Notes: generated from the sequence alone by a model not told the origin. A stretch of 64,000 nucleotides of DNA from an uncultured delta proteobacterium (GCA_963771175.1 CAVYSY010000050.1:128001-192000), one strand, 5' to 3'; numbered from the stretch's first letter, positions 11,447 to 21,661 are shown. A program made the numbers and translations.

Positions 11447-13664
11447 ATGATGGGGTGGTCCGCCGTGACGGTCGCCCTGCTGGCGGCCACTCCCGTCTTC
11501 CTCACCCGGGGAGACGTGACGCCCGAGGCGGAGCTGCGCTCCGAGGCCGAGGCCGCGTGGAAGGCGCTGGAGGCGCGCTACGTGGCCGAGGCCGGTGGAG
11601 CGCCCTCCCGGGCGCCGGGGACCCTCTCCCTGCAGCGGGGCGTGGAGATGTTGCCCTCGCGCAACGGGCAGGGGCGGCCGGGCGTGGTGGAGTTGCGGCA
11701 GGCCACGCCTGGGGTGCTGGATGCGCGGTTGCGCGTGGCGCTCCGGCACGAGCTGGCGCACCAGCTCCTGTGGTGGGCGTGTCCGGCCTCGGCGGAGGAC
11801 CGGCTGTTCCACGAGGCCTTCGCGCTCGCGGTGAGCGGAGAGCTGGCCGAGTGGCGGGAGGCGCCCTACCAATCGCTGTCGAGTGCCTCGGCGGAGCTGG
11901 CGCACAACCCGGACGTGGACACGCCACGGGCCCGTCGGGCGCTGGCGCGCGTGCTGAACGAGGACACGGGGTTTCCGAGAGCCCTCACGCGTCGGTTGCG
12001 GCAGTGCCAGGACGGGGCCCGCTGGATGGTGCCGCTGTCCGTGGACGAGCTGGCCGGGGTGGCGGTGGAGGCGGCGGCCTCCGCCTCGGTGGTGCTCAGC
12101 CGCCACTCGGGCGAGGTGCTGTTGGCGGAGGGGGACATCAAGCGGGCGATGCCCTTCGGCTCGACGCTGAAGCCCTTCGTGGTGGCCGGGAGCGCCACGC
12201 CACCGCCGGTGCTCCCGCCGCGCGCGGACGTGCCCGAGTGGGCTTGTGGTGACAGTCTGCCCGGGAAGGTGGACGTGAAGACGGCGCTGCTGCGCTCGTG
12301 CAACGGCTACTTCCTGGACTGGGAGGGGAAGGGGAGCGCGCCGAAGGCCTTCGGCCCCTGGGGCCCGGTGCTGGCCGCGGTGGGCCTGTCCAGCGAGCCG
12401 TTGGACATGGCGGATGCCATCGGGCTGCGCTCGGCGCTGCGCCTCTCCCCGTGGGGGCTCGCCCAGGCGTACCGGCTGCTGGCCGAGGCGAGGCCGGACC
12501 TGCTGGCGGTGCTGGCCGACAACGCCGCTCGCGGGACGCTGTCGGAGCTGCCCGCGTCGAGGGCCTACGCGGGCGTGGCGACCAAGACGGGCACGGTGCG
12601 GGACGCGGACAGCCGGCCGAGGCTCGGGTGGATCGTCGCGGTGGACGAGGACCTGGTGGCGGTGGTGGCCCGGCCGGGGAAGATGCCGAGGGCCTTCGCG
12701 GACGAGGTGCCCGAATTGCTGGCGAAGGTGCGGCGCAAGCGCGCCGGGCTGGAGGCCGCGCGGGTGCAGGTGCTGGGGCTGGTGCCGCCGGGAGGGCTCG
12801 AGGCCGCCTGTCGGGGCTCGGGCTTCACCCTGGAGGGAGGCGCGCCCCGAGCCGTGCCCGAGGGCTTCTCGAAGCTGGAGCCGCTCGTGTCGAAGGGCGC
12901 GGCGGTGTGCCTCGGCAGCCCCTGGCGGGTACGTTTCCCGGACGCGCCAGCCGGTCGCGACTACGCCGGCATCTTCACGGAGTCAGCTCCGCCGCCCTAC
13001 AAGCCACCGCCGGGGGTGCCCACCAGCCCGAACGCGCTCAAGGCCCGCAGGGGCTCGGACTTCCTCTTCCGCACCACGCTCCTGCAATACACGGCGGGGG
13101 TGGTGACGGCGGAGGACTCGGAATTGAAGGGGGAGGCGAGGGTGGCGCTCGCGCTCGTGGTGGCCCACAACGAGCGGCATGCCGACAGCCGCCACCCGGG
13201 CCGCCCCGTCTGCGATACGACGCACTGCCAGGCCTTCCTTGGCACGGTGCGCGTGCAGGCCGAGGAGGAACGGGCGCTCCGACTCGCGCCGCTGCGCTGG
13301 CGGGAGTGGCTGCCGTTCTCGCAAGGTGGGCAGGAGCCGTGGCGTGAGACGCGCCCGCGCACCCAGGTGGAGTCCCTCCTGGGCCGAGGCGTGACGGCGG
13401 TGCGCTTCTCGGAGGGCCGCGTGCACTACCTGCACATGAAGCGGGAGGGAGGCGCCGTGTTCGACGTCGCCGAGTCCCAGCCCTGTGAGGTCCTCCGCTC
13501 GGCGCTGAAGCTGCCCGCCTGTCCGCGGACCGTCACCTTCGAGAACGCGCAGGCCACGTTCGAGGGCCGGGGCCAGGGCCACGGCGAGGGTCTGGACGTG
13601 GAAGCGGCGAAGGCCGAGCGGCCTCGATGCGACGCGGATTCTCGCCGACTCCTACGGACCCTAG
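11447..13664 (+). CDS. YfaQ-like SpoIID/LytB-domain protein with extra peptidase and PBP-like domains (frameshift near 13615)
   Basis: HELAH...HE, GSTLK, SCN, KTGT, YTAGVVTAE, CDTTHCQ and GQGHGEGL motifs. A corrected end reads ...ILADSYGP-stop at 13664. Confidence 0.75.
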
Positions 13665-14107
13665 GAGTACGGGGTCGGCTTGAACGTCCCGGGCCGGCTC
13701 TCCCTGGCCTTCAGGACGGCCTTATCGAACTCCTCCCGGCTGTTGTACAGGGTGATGCCGCCCAGCTTGAGGTTGGCCAGGGACACCCCCATCAGCACCA
13801 CCTTCGAGCCGAACAGCACGTTGAGGGAGTTGATCTTCGGCGCGAGCGGGATGGCGCGATCCGTCATCAGGTTCCGGGCCTCGGTCGCGTAGAGCTCCAT
13901 CCCCTCCCAGTCATGGAAGATGTCCGTCTTCGGCTGGGAGGCGCAGATCCCCTCGATCGTCACCATCGCGAGATGGGCGAGATGGCCGTCGTACATCGGC
14001 CCCTGGAACCGCGTCACGACGACGTGCGGGGCCGGTTGCCACAGCCGCAGCTCCCCGTTCGGGGTGGTCCAGGTCCTGCTTCCATTCACGTCCGAGTGAG
14101 CGAGCAT
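13661..14107 (-). CDS. Hypothetical protein, STAS/SEC14-like small alpha-beta domain
   Basis: Compact ORF with host-like codon usage (FHDWEGM...YATEAR), convergent with the A2M operon. Confidence 0.6.
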   Translation of the reverse strand: MLAHSDVNGSRTWTTPNGELRLWQPAPHVVVTRFQGPMYDGHLAHLAMVTIEGICASQPKTDIFHDWEGMELYATEARNLMTDRAIPLAPKINSLNVLFGSKVVLMGVSLANLKLGGITLYNSREEFDKAVLKARESRPGTFKPTPYS

Positions 14108-14350
14108 GGCGAGGCGGTGGAGTATGGCACGCGATAACCGGAAGCAAGGATGGCCTTCTCGGCGCTCGATGTGCGCTGGGGTAGGAGCGCGGCCGGGAGC
14201 ACACGGTCCTCTCTCCACCCCGAACACTGTAATTCTGGGAGGATCTCGGGTCAGAGGGGGGCGGTAAAAATTACCAGTCCTCCCGGCTTAAGCATGGGGG
14301 GCGCTCGATGCAAGTGCCTGTATTCGCTTGGGGACGGTTCGGTGGATGCC

Positions 14351-14367
14351 CTGGCATCTGGCTTGCT
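14351..14367 (+). promoter_or_regulatory. Putative sigma54 (-24/-12) promoter of sigC
   Basis: CTGGCATCTGGCTTGCT has exact GG-N10-GC spacing and lies about 60 bp upstream of the ATG. Confidence 0.6.
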
Positions 14368-14429
14368 CAAGGGTCAGGGCACGTCGTCGTGGCAAAGACC
14401 CCATCGCCTTCCTACCCCCGAGAGAGACC

Positions 14430-15317
14430 ATGCAGACTTCCTCCTCCTTCGCGTCCGCTGACTTCCTCTCGACCTACCTCTCCGAGATCAGCCAGTACCC
14501 GCTGCTGACCCAGCCGGAGGAGCAGGCGCTGGCGCGGCGCTTCCGCCAGGGCGACCTGGTCGCCGGCCACCGGCTGGTGACGGCCAACCTGCGCTTCGTG
14601 GTGAAGGTGGCCTACGAGTACCGCTCCTACGGCCTGAAGATGTCCGACCTCATCCAGGAGGCGAACATCGGCCTGATGAAGGCGGTGCAGAAGTTCGATC
14701 CGGACAAGGGCATCCGCCTCATCTCCTACGCGGTGTGGTGGATCCGCGCCTACATCCAGAACTACGTGCTGAAGAACTGGAGCCTGGTGAAGCTCGGGAC
14801 GACCCAGGCGCAGCGCCGGCTGTTCTTCGCCCTGGCGCGCACCCGCCGCGAGCTGGAGAAGCTCGGCAGCGGGGACGGCCACATCGTCAATGCCGAGGAG
14901 ATCGCCCGGAAGCTGAACGTGAAGGCCTCCGAGGTGCGCGAGATGGAGCAGCGCATGGGCGGGAGGGACTTGTCGCTGGACGCGCCGATGGGTGAGGACG
15001 GTGACGCCACCCACCTGGACTTCGTGGAGTCCGAGAGCGCCTCGCACGCCGACGAGATCGCCGACCGTCAGGAGGCCCAGATGACGCGCGAGCGCATCCA
15101 GCGGGCCCTGGCGCGCCTGGATCCGCGCGAGCGCTTCATCATCGAGCAGCGGGTGATGAGCGACGCGGGGATGACCCTGAGCGAGCTGGGCGAGCACTTC
15201 GGCTTCTCGCGTGAGCGCGCCCGCCAGCTGGAGATCCGCGCCAAGGACAAGCTCAAGGCGGAGCTCGCCACGCTGATGCCCGAGGAGAACGCGGAGGCGG
15301 TGGCGGTCGCCGGGTAG
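14430..15317 (+). CDS. sigC: RpoH-family RNA polymerase sigma factor (myxobacterial SigC-like)
   Basis: [36 protein letters not shown] and RpoH box [12 protein letters not shown]. Closely resembles M. xanthus SigC as recalled. Confidence 0.8.
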   Translation: MQTSSSFASADFLSTYLSEISQYPLLTQPEEQALARRFRQGDLVAGHRLVTANLRFVVKVAYEYRSYGLKMSDLIQEANIGLMKAVQKFDPDKGIRLISYAVWWIRAYIQNYVLKNWSLVKLGTTQAQRRLFFALARTRRELEKLGSGDGHIVNAEEIARKLNVKASEVREMEQRMGGRDLSLDAPMGEDGDATHLDFVESESASHADEIADRQEAQMTRERIQRALARLDPRERFIIEQRVMSDAGMTLSELGEHFGFSRERARQLEIRAKDKLKAELATLMPEENAEAVAVAG

Positions 15318-15344
15318 CACGCCGGGTAGTAGGGTGGGGGCTCC

Positions 15345-16989
15345 ATGAGCCTTCCTGACGCGACTGCCTGGACGCTCCCCTGGCGGGGGCTGGGCCTCAG
15401 CAGCAACCTCGACGCGGCGGACCAGCCGCACCCCTACCGGTTGCTCGCGCAGTCGCCCGGCCTCTTCGACTTCGTGGAGTACAGCGCGCCCCTGTCGCTC
15501 GACGAGACGCGCGCGCACGCCTCGCTCTTCCCCGAGATGTGGGAGCGCCGGAGCGACGTGCCGGTGCTCTTCCACCCCGTGCACCTCAACCTCTTCGGCC
15601 CCGAGCTGGAGCCCGAGAAGGCGCTCCGGGAGCTGGACGCGCACGCGCGCGCCGTGGGCAGCGCCTGGGTGGGCAACGACATCGGCTGGTGGCACGCGGG
15701 CGGGCAGCCGTTCCCGGGCTACCTCTACTTCACGCCGCCCTTCACCGAGGCCGGTGTCCGCGACAGCGTCGCGCACGCGCTCCATGTCCAGGCGCACCTG
15801 TCCGTCCCGCTCGCCCTGGAGAACCCCGCCGCCTTCGCGAAGCGTGGCGAGCTGCACGTGCTGGACTTCCTCGCCCGCGTCCAGGCGCGCACCGGCCTGC
15901 CGCTGCTGCTCGACCTGGGGCACCTGCTCAGCTACCAGCTCGCCGCCGGATTGCCCCTGGAGGCGGGGCTCGACGGCTTCCCGTTGGACAAGGTGATTGA
16001 GCTCCACATCGCCGGCGGCGTCGTCACCCGGCGGAGCGGGCGGGGCTACTACGTGGACGACCACACCCAGCCCGTGCGCGAGGAGCTCTTCGCCCTGCTG
16101 GAGTCGCTGCTGCCGCGCTGCCCCTCGCTGCGCGCCGTCACCTTCGAGGGAGACGGACACCCGTCCGAGGTGGCCGCCCTCACGCTGCGTCGCCTGCGCG
16201 CGCTGGTGCCCGCGACGCCGAGGCCCCCGCTCGCGCTCCCCCCGGTGAAGGAGCCCGCCCCGGCGCTCACCCGAGAGAGCCAGCCCTGGGCCCTCTTCGA
16301 GACCGGCTACGGCGCGAAGGAGGAGACCGGGGGCGACGTGGAGGGGGCTCGCGCGGAGACGGACTTCCGCCTCGCGGTGGTGGCCGAGATGCTCGATCGG
16401 GACTGGCCGGTGTCGCGGCTGCTGCTCGCGGGCACGCGGGAGGACCTGCGCGCCTTCACCGCGTCCCGGGAGTTCCGCGAGCTCTTCGAGGGACTGGGGC
16501 GCTCGCTGGGGCACGCCTTCGCGGCCTGGGCCCGGCACCGCCTGCGCGAGCGTCCGGACGAGGGCGTCGCGGCGGCGCTCTCCTTCGAGACGTTCCTGCC
16601 CTCGGCCTTCGCGCGTCCCGTCCCCGCGCCCGGAGCGGGACAGGTGGGGCTCGCCGAGGACGTGCGGGTGGGCACCTTCCCCGTGGACCTCACCGAGCTC
16701 GTCTTCGCCGCGAAGTCCCTGCGCCGCCACCTGACGGGACGTGCGTGGGCCTGCGAGGTGCTGGACGTGAGCGGCCTGGAGTCGCTCGCGCAGGTGGCCC
16801 GGCGTCCCGGCCCCGGGCCCGTGGAGCTTCGTCGTGCGGCGCAAGGGCAGGGGGGTGGAGCCGCGCACGGTGTCGCCCTCGCTGCTCGAGGTGCTGCGCT
16901 CGCTCGCGCAGGTGCCCCGGGCGGTGGAGCAGGTGCCCTCCGGTCCGCTGTCCGAGGGGCTCGCGCTCGGCCTGCTGCGGCGCGGGTGA
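15345..16989 (+). CDS. DUF692 family multinuclear non-haem iron oxidase (MNIO) with C-terminal extension (frameshift near 16820)
   Basis: GLGL start, FHPVHL, LENP, LLDLGH, ELHIAGG, VDDH and TFEGD motifs. Corrected end reads ...LALGLLRRG-stop. Confidence 0.8.
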
Positions 16990-17164
16990 GGCTCAGGGGC
17001 GAGCGGGCGAGGAGGATGCGCTCCGAGTACAGGGTACCGCTGTTACTGAGGGAAGAAGAGAACTTATGCGATGAGAGCATGTCCTGGGTCCGACAGCGTG
17101 TCCGTGGACTCCAGGAAGGTAGGGCCGGCCGTTGTCGGGTGACGGACGGCCAGCCGGGGGCGGG

Positions 17165-18151
17165 CGCGGCTGGGCAGGGGCCGCAGTCCTTGCCGCAGTT
17201 GTCCGGGGTGTCATCCGTGCCGCACGACTCGGTGTACTGGCAGATGCCGTCACCGCACTTGAAGACATCCCTCTTGCTCATCCGCGTGGTGATGGGCCGG
17301 TAGGTGACGCCGTTGTAGGTGCACGACGCGTAGAACTCCTTCGACTCGTCCTTCTCGCAATGCTTGTCGCACCTGGCCTTGACGCGGACGATCGGCAGGC
17401 ACGGCTGGCGGTCATCGTTCTTCTCGTCCGAGCGGGCGCAGGCGCGAGCGGAGCTGCCGTTGTGGTGGAGCATGCGCCCGTCATTGCCGACGAAGAGGCC
17501 CTCGCCGTTGAAGAGGTTGCCGAAGAAGCAGGCCTCTTTCTCCGGGAAGGCGTCGAACTCCTCCTTGGTGTAGGGGATGAGCTCGCCCAGCGCATTCCGC
17601 CCCAGCACGGAGATGGGGACGCGGACCCCGAACTTGTTCGCGTGGGCCGCCAGGCAGGCGGAGATGAGCTGTTGCTCGGCCAGGGTCGCCGGTGCGCCCT
17701 GGGCCCAGTCCGGCGCCAGCCCCAGGTTTCCCGTCCAGGTGTAGAGGGTGCCCGTGGAGGGCTCGGTGTAGCCGCGCGTCTGCCCGGCGGGCACGGCGCA
17801 CTGGACGAGGTACTTCATCACCGCGTCGCCGAGCACCGGATCCGTCTGGAACCACGAGGTGAACTCGGGGGTGGCCAGGCCATTGAAGGCCAGGCCATTG
17901 AAGGCGAGCCCGTTGAAGGCCAGGCCATTGAAGGCGAGCCCGTTGAAGGCCAGGCCATTCGGGGACAGGCCGTTGAGGTCGTACAGCGCCTGCTGTCGGA
18001 CGGCGAGCTCCTGGGGCTCCTCGGGCGGGGCTACCGGGCCACAGGCGCTCGTGGAGGAGAGCAGGACGGCCGCCCACAGCAGGGCCAGATGGGAGCGTCC
18101 TGCCGGAGGGCGCTCCACACGGTGGGATACGTCGAACCGTTGGAGTTGCAC
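17165..18151 (-). CDS. Cys-rich putative lipoprotein with NGLAF pentapeptide repeats; 3' end uncertain
   Basis: Hydrophobic stretch ending SAC, 7 NGLxx repeats, SACLAAHAN, EACFFGNLF, and a terminal CGDGICQ...CGKDCGPCP. Read-through beyond this looks non-coding. Confidence 0.75.
17870..17974 (-). repeat. 15-bp coding tandem repeat, 7 copies (NGLSP, NGLAF x5, NGLAT)
   Basis: Alternating ccattgaaggccagg-like and ccgttgaaggcgagc-like units are directly visible. Confidence 0.95.
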
Positions 18152-18411
18152 GACGAGCTCCTTTGTCGGAAGTGGGGGCGGAGGATGGCTCCACGGTCAG
18201 GTTGCTCCTGGGTGAGCAGTCGGGAAAGCCGGAGCAGCCAGGAATTGTCAGCTCCTCCATCTGGAGACGGGGGGATTGTGGCCTCGCGTACGCCCCGGGG
18301 TGGGCCCGAGTCGGCGGGCGGACGCTTCGGGGTGTAGGGGAGGGCGCACCGGGTGTCGGGTTTTCGACGGAGCCTTGCGCCCGTCCTCCCGCTGCGGTAG
18401 TTCGCGACCCC

Positions 18412-19047
18412 ATGCCGTCACCTCTCGTCGTTGGCATCGCCGGTGGTACTGCTTCCGGCAAAACGACGGTCGCTCGGAAGGTCCGCGACGCGCTCGCCGA
18501 CTGCCGCGTGGCCTTCATCGATCAGGACTCGTACTACCGGGACCTGTCGGACCTGACGCTCGCCGAGCGCCGCGAGGTCAACTTCGACCATCCGGATGCC
18601 TTCGACACGGAGCTGCTCGTCGAGCACCTGCGAGAGCTCAAGGCGGGCCGGCCCATCCAGAAGCCGGTCTACGACTTCGTCACGTCCACCCGGCAGAAGC
18701 ACACGGTGCGCGTGGACCCCGGGGACATGATCCTCATCGAGGGCATCCTCGTGCTCCACATGAAGCCGGTGCGCGACGAGATGGGCGTGCGCATCTACGT
18801 GGACACCGACGACGACCTGCGCATCCTGCGCCGCCTGGAGCGCGACATCCACGAGCGCGGGCGCGACTTCGACCACGTGGTCAGCCAGTACCTGCGCCAG
18901 GTGCGCCCCATGCACATGGGCTTCGTCGAGCCCTCCAAGCACCACGCCGACATCATCGTCCCCCATGGCGGCAACAACGACATCGCCATCATGATGCTGG
19001 TGGGCGCGCTGCGCGCGAAGCTGCTCAACCCCGCCGCGCACCGCTGA
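18412..19047 (+). CDS. udk: Uridine kinase
   Basis: GIAGGTASGKTT, QDSYY, NFDHPDAFD, RRLERDIHERGR motifs. Confidence 0.95.
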   Translation: MPSPLVVGIAGGTASGKTTVARKVRDALADCRVAFIDQDSYYRDLSDLTLAERREVNFDHPDAFDTELLVEHLRELKAGRPIQKPVYDFVTSTRQKHTVRVDPGDMILIEGILVLHMKPVRDEMGVRIYVDTDDDLRILRRLERDIHERGRDFDHVVSQYLRQVRPMHMGFVEPSKHHADIIVPHGGNNDIAIMMLVGALRAKLLNPAAHR

Positions 19048-19081
19048 CGGGCGCTGGCAGGGCCCCGCGGCTCAGCCGTGT

Positions 19082-20119
19082 TCACGAGCTCCGGCGTCGC
19101 AGGAAGTCCCGCATCGGGCGGTGCAGCCGCCCCGCATGCGCCAGCAGGCCCGCGTGATCGCACGGCGTCGGCACCTCCTGGTAGTGCGCCCGCACGCCCG
19201 CCGCGCTGAGCAGGTGGTACGTGTCCCGCACCCGTGACGGAGGCGCCAGTGCGTCGTCCGCTCCCGCCGCGAGCAGCACCGGCGCCCGGATCTTCTCCAG
19301 GCTGTCGGTGACGTCGCCTCCCGCGTACGCCGTGCACAGCAGCGACCACGCGTTCGCGTCGAAGGTCTCCGCGAAGGCGTCGGCATCCGCCTCCAGCGCC
19401 CGCTCGGCGGTGGCCACGGTCGGGTCCATGCAGCGGAACGTGTCGGCCCCGTGGAGCAGCCGCAGGTACTCCAGGCGCAGCTTGCGCAAGGTGCGCTTCG
19501 GTCCCTGGCCCGGCGCGTAGTGGCCCTCGCGGAAGTCCGGATCCTGCCGCAGCATCTGGTGGGTGAGACCGAGCCGCTCGCGCAGGGGCTCGGGCAGGGC
19601 CTTCGCGGCGCCCAGCACCACCACCGCCGTCGTCAGCTCCGGGAAGAGCGCCGCGAGCTGCAACGCCACCAGCCCGCCGAGCCCCACGCCCACCAGCGCC
19701 CGCGCGCGCTCCACCTTCATCCCGCGCAGCATCGCCGCCACCGCGCGCGCCATGTCCGTCACCGTCACCGTCGGCAGCGCCGGGCCGTAGGCCCTGCCCA
19801 CCTTCGTGTCGACCGTCACCGGCGAGGTGGAGCCGAAGGGGCTGCCGAGAAGGTTCGGCACCAGCACGTGCAGCGCCGACGTGTCCAGTGGAAGCCCCTC
19901 GCCGACGAGCTCCGTGCCCCAGCCCGAGGGCTGGAAGGCCCCCGGCTCCACCGGCCCCAGTGCATGGTGCGAGTGGGCGAGGTCGTGCAGCAGCACCGCA
20001 ACATTGTCGTCGGAGCGCTCACCGTAGGCAGACCAGGAGACCGAGGCCCCGCCTAGCAGGCCGCCCTCCTCTAGAGGAAGTGCAACCGGTAACGTGTAGC
20101 TGCCGGTGGTCTGGTACAC
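19082..20119 (-). CDS. Homoserine O-acetyltransferase-like alpha/beta hydrolase lacking the nucleophile Ser
   Basis: NLLGSPFGSTSP, VTVTDMARA and DPDFREGHY are MetX-like. The nucleophile elbow reads GVGLGG. Confidence 0.75.
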   Translation of the reverse strand: MYQTTGSYTLPVALPLEEGGLLGGASVSWSAYGERSDDNVAVLLHDLAHSHHALGPVEPGAFQPSGWGTELVGEGLPLDTSALHVLVPNLLGSPFGSTSPVTVDTKVGRAYGPALPTVTVTDMARAVAAMLRGMKVERARALVGVGLGGLVALQLAALFPELTTAVVVLGAAKALPEPLRERLGLTHQMLRQDPDFREGHYAPGQGPKRTLRKLRLEYLRLLHGADTFRCMDPTVATAERALEADADAFAETFDANAWSLLCTAYAGGDVTDSLEKIRAPVLLAAGADDALAPPSRVRDTYHLLSAAGVRAHYQEVPTPCDHAGLLAHAGRLHRPMRDFLRRRSS

Positions 20120-20175
20120 GCGAGTCGGGTCTCATATCACTACGGCCGTTATTTCCGAGAGAGGAGCATCTCCGC

Positions 20176-21081
20176 GTGAAGCGTTATTTCGGACTCATCG
20201 TCCTCATCGTGGGCATCATCATTGCCGGGGTGGTGACGTCTCGCAGCGCGAACACCAGGGCGGACGAGGCCCAGCGCCAGGCGGACTTCACCCGTATCCA
20301 GAAGGACTACCTGGAGCGCGTGGGCTGGCTGCGCACCAACCCCGACGAGGGCACCTACCGTCAGGAGCTGACCCCGTTCTTCAAGACGTACTTCGAGCAG
20401 GTCGCCTCGCACCAGAGCCGCTTCAAGCTGAGCAAGGAGTTCGACGCGTACCTGGACGAGCTCGACAAGCGCGGGGAGAAGGACGAGCGGGCCCAGGACA
20501 AGAAGGCCTTCTACGACTACACGCGCAAGGTGTTCGACCAGATGCGCGAGGGCCGTTACAAGCCGGTGTGGACGGCCACCGACAAGGGCATGCGCCTGGA
20601 CGTGCTCTCCTCCGACGTGGTGATGGTGCTCAACAAGCCGCAGGTGCGCCTGCAGCTCGTGCTCTGGGGCGCCCAGCGCGAGGAGCGCCAGGACGGCAAG
20701 GTGAAGAAGATGCTCACCAGCGCCTCCTTCAAGACCCAGTGGAAGCTCACCGACGAGAAGGGGAAGCTGTTCGGCGAGATGACCGCGGACGATCCCTCGA
20801 TGAAGGTCGACTTCCCCGAGCGGTTCATCGCCGAGTTCCCCCCGCAGATGGTGCTCGGCCACTACGACATGGACCTCATCCCCAATGAGGTGAAGAAGAT
20901 GGAGATCACCTTCAACGTCAGCTCGCGCGCCTCGTCGGGCGGCGATGCCACGGCCACCTACCTGTGGAAGCTGGACGTGCCCTCCGAGTGGCGGCTCGGT
21001 GCGGGCGAGAAGTGGGATGGCGCCGAGGTCACCGAGCGCTCCGAGGAGGAGATCGATCCCTCCAAGGCCGCGCAGAAGTAG
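20176..21081 (+). CDS. Hypothetical membrane-anchored protein
   Basis: GTG start after GAGGAG, N-terminal TM, strong host-like codon bias. Confidence 0.8.
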   Translation: MKRYFGLIVLIVGIIIAGVVTSRSANTRADEAQRQADFTRIQKDYLERVGWLRTNPDEGTYRQELTPFFKTYFEQVASHQSRFKLSKEFDAYLDELDKRGEKDERAQDKKAFYDYTRKVFDQMREGRYKPVWTATDKGMRLDVLSSDVVMVLNKPQVRLQLVLWGAQREERQDGKVKKMLTSASFKTQWKLTDEKGKLFGEMTADDPSMKVDFPERFIAEFPPQMVLGHYDMDLIPNEVKKMEITFNVSSRASSGGDATATYLWKLDVPSEWRLGAGEKWDGAEVTERSEEEIDPSKAAQK

Positions 21082-21184
21082 GAGTCCGAGGGGCCTTGTC
21101 CCCAGGGCCCACCGCCCACGTCAGCTCCACCTGAGCCGGTGGAAGGGCAGGAGGGCGAGCAGGTTCTCGCTCGCCTGCCCGCCA

Positions 21185-21505
21185 TCAGGGCGCCTGGGGC
21201 CGAGGTGGCTGTGGGGGCCACCTCGAGCGGTCCTTCTCCATGAGCTGTTGGGTCTTGCGCTCCGCCCAGTCCTGGCTGAAGGGCCCTCCGAAGAAGGTGA
21301 AGGTGGCGTGTAGCAGCAGGGCAATGCCCCAGCCGATGAGGGGCCAGTAGAACCAGAGGTGCTCGCGGTTCGTCACCATGTTGATGGCGAACAGGCCGAG
21401 ATTCACCAAGAGGTACACCACGAGGTGGCTGTAGAACCCTTGCAGTTCCTCGGCGCGCTTGTGCGCACGCTCGTAGGCCGGGTCGTTCTTCCTGTCGTCG
21501 GGCAT
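21185..21505 (-). CDS. 2TM domain protein
   Basis: YERAHKRAEELQGFYSHLVVYLLVN...WFYWPLIGWGIALLLHA is the 2TM signature. RBS GGAGGAG. Confidence 0.85.
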   Translation of the reverse strand: MPDDRKNDPAYERAHKRAEELQGFYSHLVVYLLVNLGLFAINMVTNREHLWFYWPLIGWGIALLLHATFTFFGGPFSQDWAERKTQQLMEKDRSRWPPQPPRPQAP

Positions 21506-21661
21506 GAGGCACTCCTCCCCCGCAAGTTGGGAAGTGGGCCTGGCCCGTGTCCATGGGTCCACCGCTGCGGCTTGCTCGGTGCCCTGCTTCGTCCAGAAGG
21601 GCCGTCTTCCTGGGGGGGTCGACCCGAGAGAGCGAGCGCATGCTCGGCCACCCGGGGCGGC

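Noticed and set aside
13665..14137. C-terminal extension of the 896-aa ORF
   Set aside because: Caused by a frameshift near 13615; it overlaps a more plausible gene on the minus strand.
16990..17165. Possible MNIO precursor peptide in the AT-richer gap between convergent genes
   Set aside because: No short ORF with a convincing RBS, stop and core motif was found.
17870..17974. Short tandem repeats as a CRISPR array (also 25758-25883 and 45235-45600)
   Set aside because: Periods are multiples of three within coding frames, there are no unique spacers, and no cas genes are present.
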